DNA from: an uncultured Candidatus Saccharibacteria bacterium
Lineage (GTDB): Bacteria > Patescibacteriota > Minisyncoccia > Phycocordibacterales > UBA12079
DNA length: 32,367 nucleotides
Reading direction: 5' to 3'
Assembly (NCBI GenBank): GCA_964449555.1
Contig: CAYUZR010000002.1
Coordinates: forward strand, 1-32,367
This document shows positions 30,953-32,367 of the stretch, piece after piece. Numbering within the stretch: position 1 is the stretch's first letter; every line of letters starts with the position of its first letter. Under the pieces are notes generated by a model. The model did no database searches. It was not told the origin of the DNA and saw only the letters and a program-made list of their open reading frames with translations. Made by a program: the position numbers and the translations under genes.

Positions 30953-31732
30953 TTATTTTTTTATAATAGCGACGAGAGCATCTGCGCCAAATATTGGATC
31001 AGAACCTTTTAAGCTTCCAAAAAAGTGAATTTCTTTTACTTGTGTTTCAAGGATATTTTTCTCTTCAGGTGTAGAAAGGGGGGAATTCCATTTACCGGTT
31101 TCAGCAAATGTTCTAAGTAAATCGAGAGTTTTTGGTACATCTTCACGCTCAAACTCTTTAGGTTGATGACGTAAATCTTCGATAAAGAAGATCCCCCCAG
31201 AGTTAACATGAGGAAATAGAAAAGAAAGTGTGATTTGTTGGTGTGGAGATGCATGCAATGCATCATCAATAATAACGTCGTATTCTGAATATTTGTCAAC
31301 AATCTTCTGAAGATCCTCACGCGAACTCTGATCTCCCTGAATAATTGTACATTGAGGATCATTCGGTTGCGCAAATTTCCTAATATCAAAACCAACAAGT
31401 GAAGCCTTCGGTAGATATTTTCGCCACATACGCAAAGACGGTGCTACCATGTTTGTATCAGTTAAAAGTGGTTTTCGCATTCTCCCCCTAAGAAGACCAA
31501 CCTCACAGAACTGTAAATTCTCATTTCTACGAGAACGCAAGAAAAAATCATACGCTCGTACATAATTATGACCCGGGATACCCTTATCGGTGTATTCTTC
31601 GCCCGCAAACTGCAATAAATCATTGTACCTGTACTGTTTGAGATGGCACACAAAATATTTAGCAAATGCCTTAGGACTTGTAAATATTTTTTTAAACAGT
31701 GAAAGTGCTTTTTTTAACTTTTTTACATTCAT
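30953..31732 (-). CDS. SAM-dependent methyltransferase-like protein, paralogue of the C-terminal domain of 25519..27480
   Basis: TDKGIPGHNYVRAYDFF, FCEVGLL, APSLRMWRKYLPKA, IIDDALHASPHQQITLSFLFPHVNSGGIFFIEDL. Confidence 0.8.
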   Translation of the reverse strand: MNVKKLKKALSLFKKIFTSPKAFAKYFVCHLKQYRYNDLLQFAGEEYTDKGIPGHNYVRAYDFFLRSRRNENLQFCEVGLLRGRMRKPLLTDTNMVAPSLRMWRKYLPKASLVGFDIRKFAQPNDPQCTIIQGDQSSREDLQKIVDKYSEYDVIIDDALHASPHQQITLSFLFPHVNSGGIFFIEDLRHQPKEFEREDVPKTLDLLRTFAETGKWNSPLSTPEEKNILETQVKEIHFFGSLKGSDPIFGADALVAIIKK

Positions 31733-31739
31733 ATTTTTA

Positions 31740-32367
31740 CTATTTTTCTACACCTACTCTAACAAAATCTCTACCTGTATGCAGTACGGTTGGTGTTGTT
31801 CCAAAAATTCTACCTAAAACTTCGATACCGTCCGTACCTTTTCGAATATCAATTATCAATCTACCCCCTTTGTTAAGTTGCCTATAAACATCATCTATAT
31901 ATGTATCTACAGAAAAATGAAAACCCCAAGAAAGTAACGACATCACCAGATCAAAATTTTCAGCAGGAAACGGCGATGTCGAAATATCAATAGTCTTAAT
32001 TTTCTCAGCCGGTACACCATTATCCTCCAGAAAACTACGAGTGCATTGAAAAGAGTGGTAATGAGGAAAATCTTTTGCAGAAACGTGATAACCCCCGTGC
32101 CGCGTAGGCGACACACCCTCTTTATCGAGCAAGTACAAAGTGGGGCTCGAGTCAAAATGATGATAGAGCGTTAAATCTATACCGCCCAATCCGGCGCCGA
32201 TATCAAGCGTGGCGCTCGGAGAAGAAGGAAGATATGCTTGTATCGTGTCGAGGATGTCATTCATCTCATCTTTATGGAGCTCCTCCACCCTCTTTTTATT
32301 GAATAGCTCATATAACTCAAAAATATAACCGGCACCTCCATGATCATAAAATTGTTTTAAACCCAAT
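31740..32367 (-). CDS. class I SAM-dependent methyltransferase; the 5' end probably lies beyond the window
   Basis: LDIGAGLGGIDL (motif I), FDLVMSLLSWGFH, LNKGGRLIIDI. The ORF is open to the right edge, and the track's M is a TTG. Confidence 0.75.
   Translation of the reverse strand, partial: LGLKQFYDHGGAGYIFELYELFNKKRVEELHKDEMNDILDTIQAYLPSSPSATLDIGAGLGGIDLTLYHHFDSSPTLYLLDKEGVSPTRHGGYHVSAKDFPHYHSFQCTRSFLEDNGVPAEKIKTIDISTSPFPAENFDLVMSLLSWGFHFSVDTYIDDVYRQLNKGGRLIIDIRKGTDGIEVLGRIFGTTPTVLHTGRDFVRVGVEK

Overview
All credible genes in this 32.4 kb bacterial segment lie on the minus strand. The + strand ORFs in the track are antisense shadows, except one decayed gene remnant at 21210-21678.

Left part (1-21.2 kb). 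This region is very AT-rich, about 30% GC by spot count of single 60-nt lines. It carries housekeeping genes: gatB, obg, a TVP38-like membrane protein, a D-2-hydroxyacid dehydrogenase, eno, ppsA, an MOFRL-type glycerate kinase, a PIF1/RecD-like helicase, a PaaX/Cas2-like regulator, a cupin, secA, murB and a TPR-fused O-antigen-ligase-like membrane protein. Gene content and composition suggest a small-genome, CPR/Patescibacteria-like organism, but that is inference only.

Right part (21674 to the window end). This region is visibly GC-richer, 45-58% in spot counts, and mosaic. It is one tightly coupled minus-strand operon for glycan synthesis and decoration: an MsbA/PglK-like ABC exporter, a sulfotransferase, four GT4 glycosyltransferases, four SAM-methyltransferase domains and a P-loop kinase-like protein.

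Observations worth a second look:
1. The GC-rich block starts exactly where a frameshifted, truncated low-GC homologue of its own ABC exporter ends. This is either an acquisition/replacement scar or an assembly chimera.
2. Palindromic mini-elements are inserted in-frame in murB. One is a near-copy of an intergenic element 11.8 kb away.
3. A family of long hairpin elements has a terminal repeat that contains the last Lys codon and the TAA stop of ppsA, secA and the ligase-like gene.
4. Two small, GC-richer genes with strong Shine-Dalgarno sites each carry one in-frame TGA. In both, the intrinsic terminator follows the second stop, not the TGA.
5. gatB (TAG) and ppsA (two TAA) carry in-frame stops inside otherwise conserved sequence.
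6. The PaaX/Cas2-like gene is bracketed by near-identical palindromes.
7. Several intergenic arrays of heptamer or nonamer tandem repeats occur, each with a different unit.

No rRNA, tRNA, CRISPR array, transposase or integrase was recognised.
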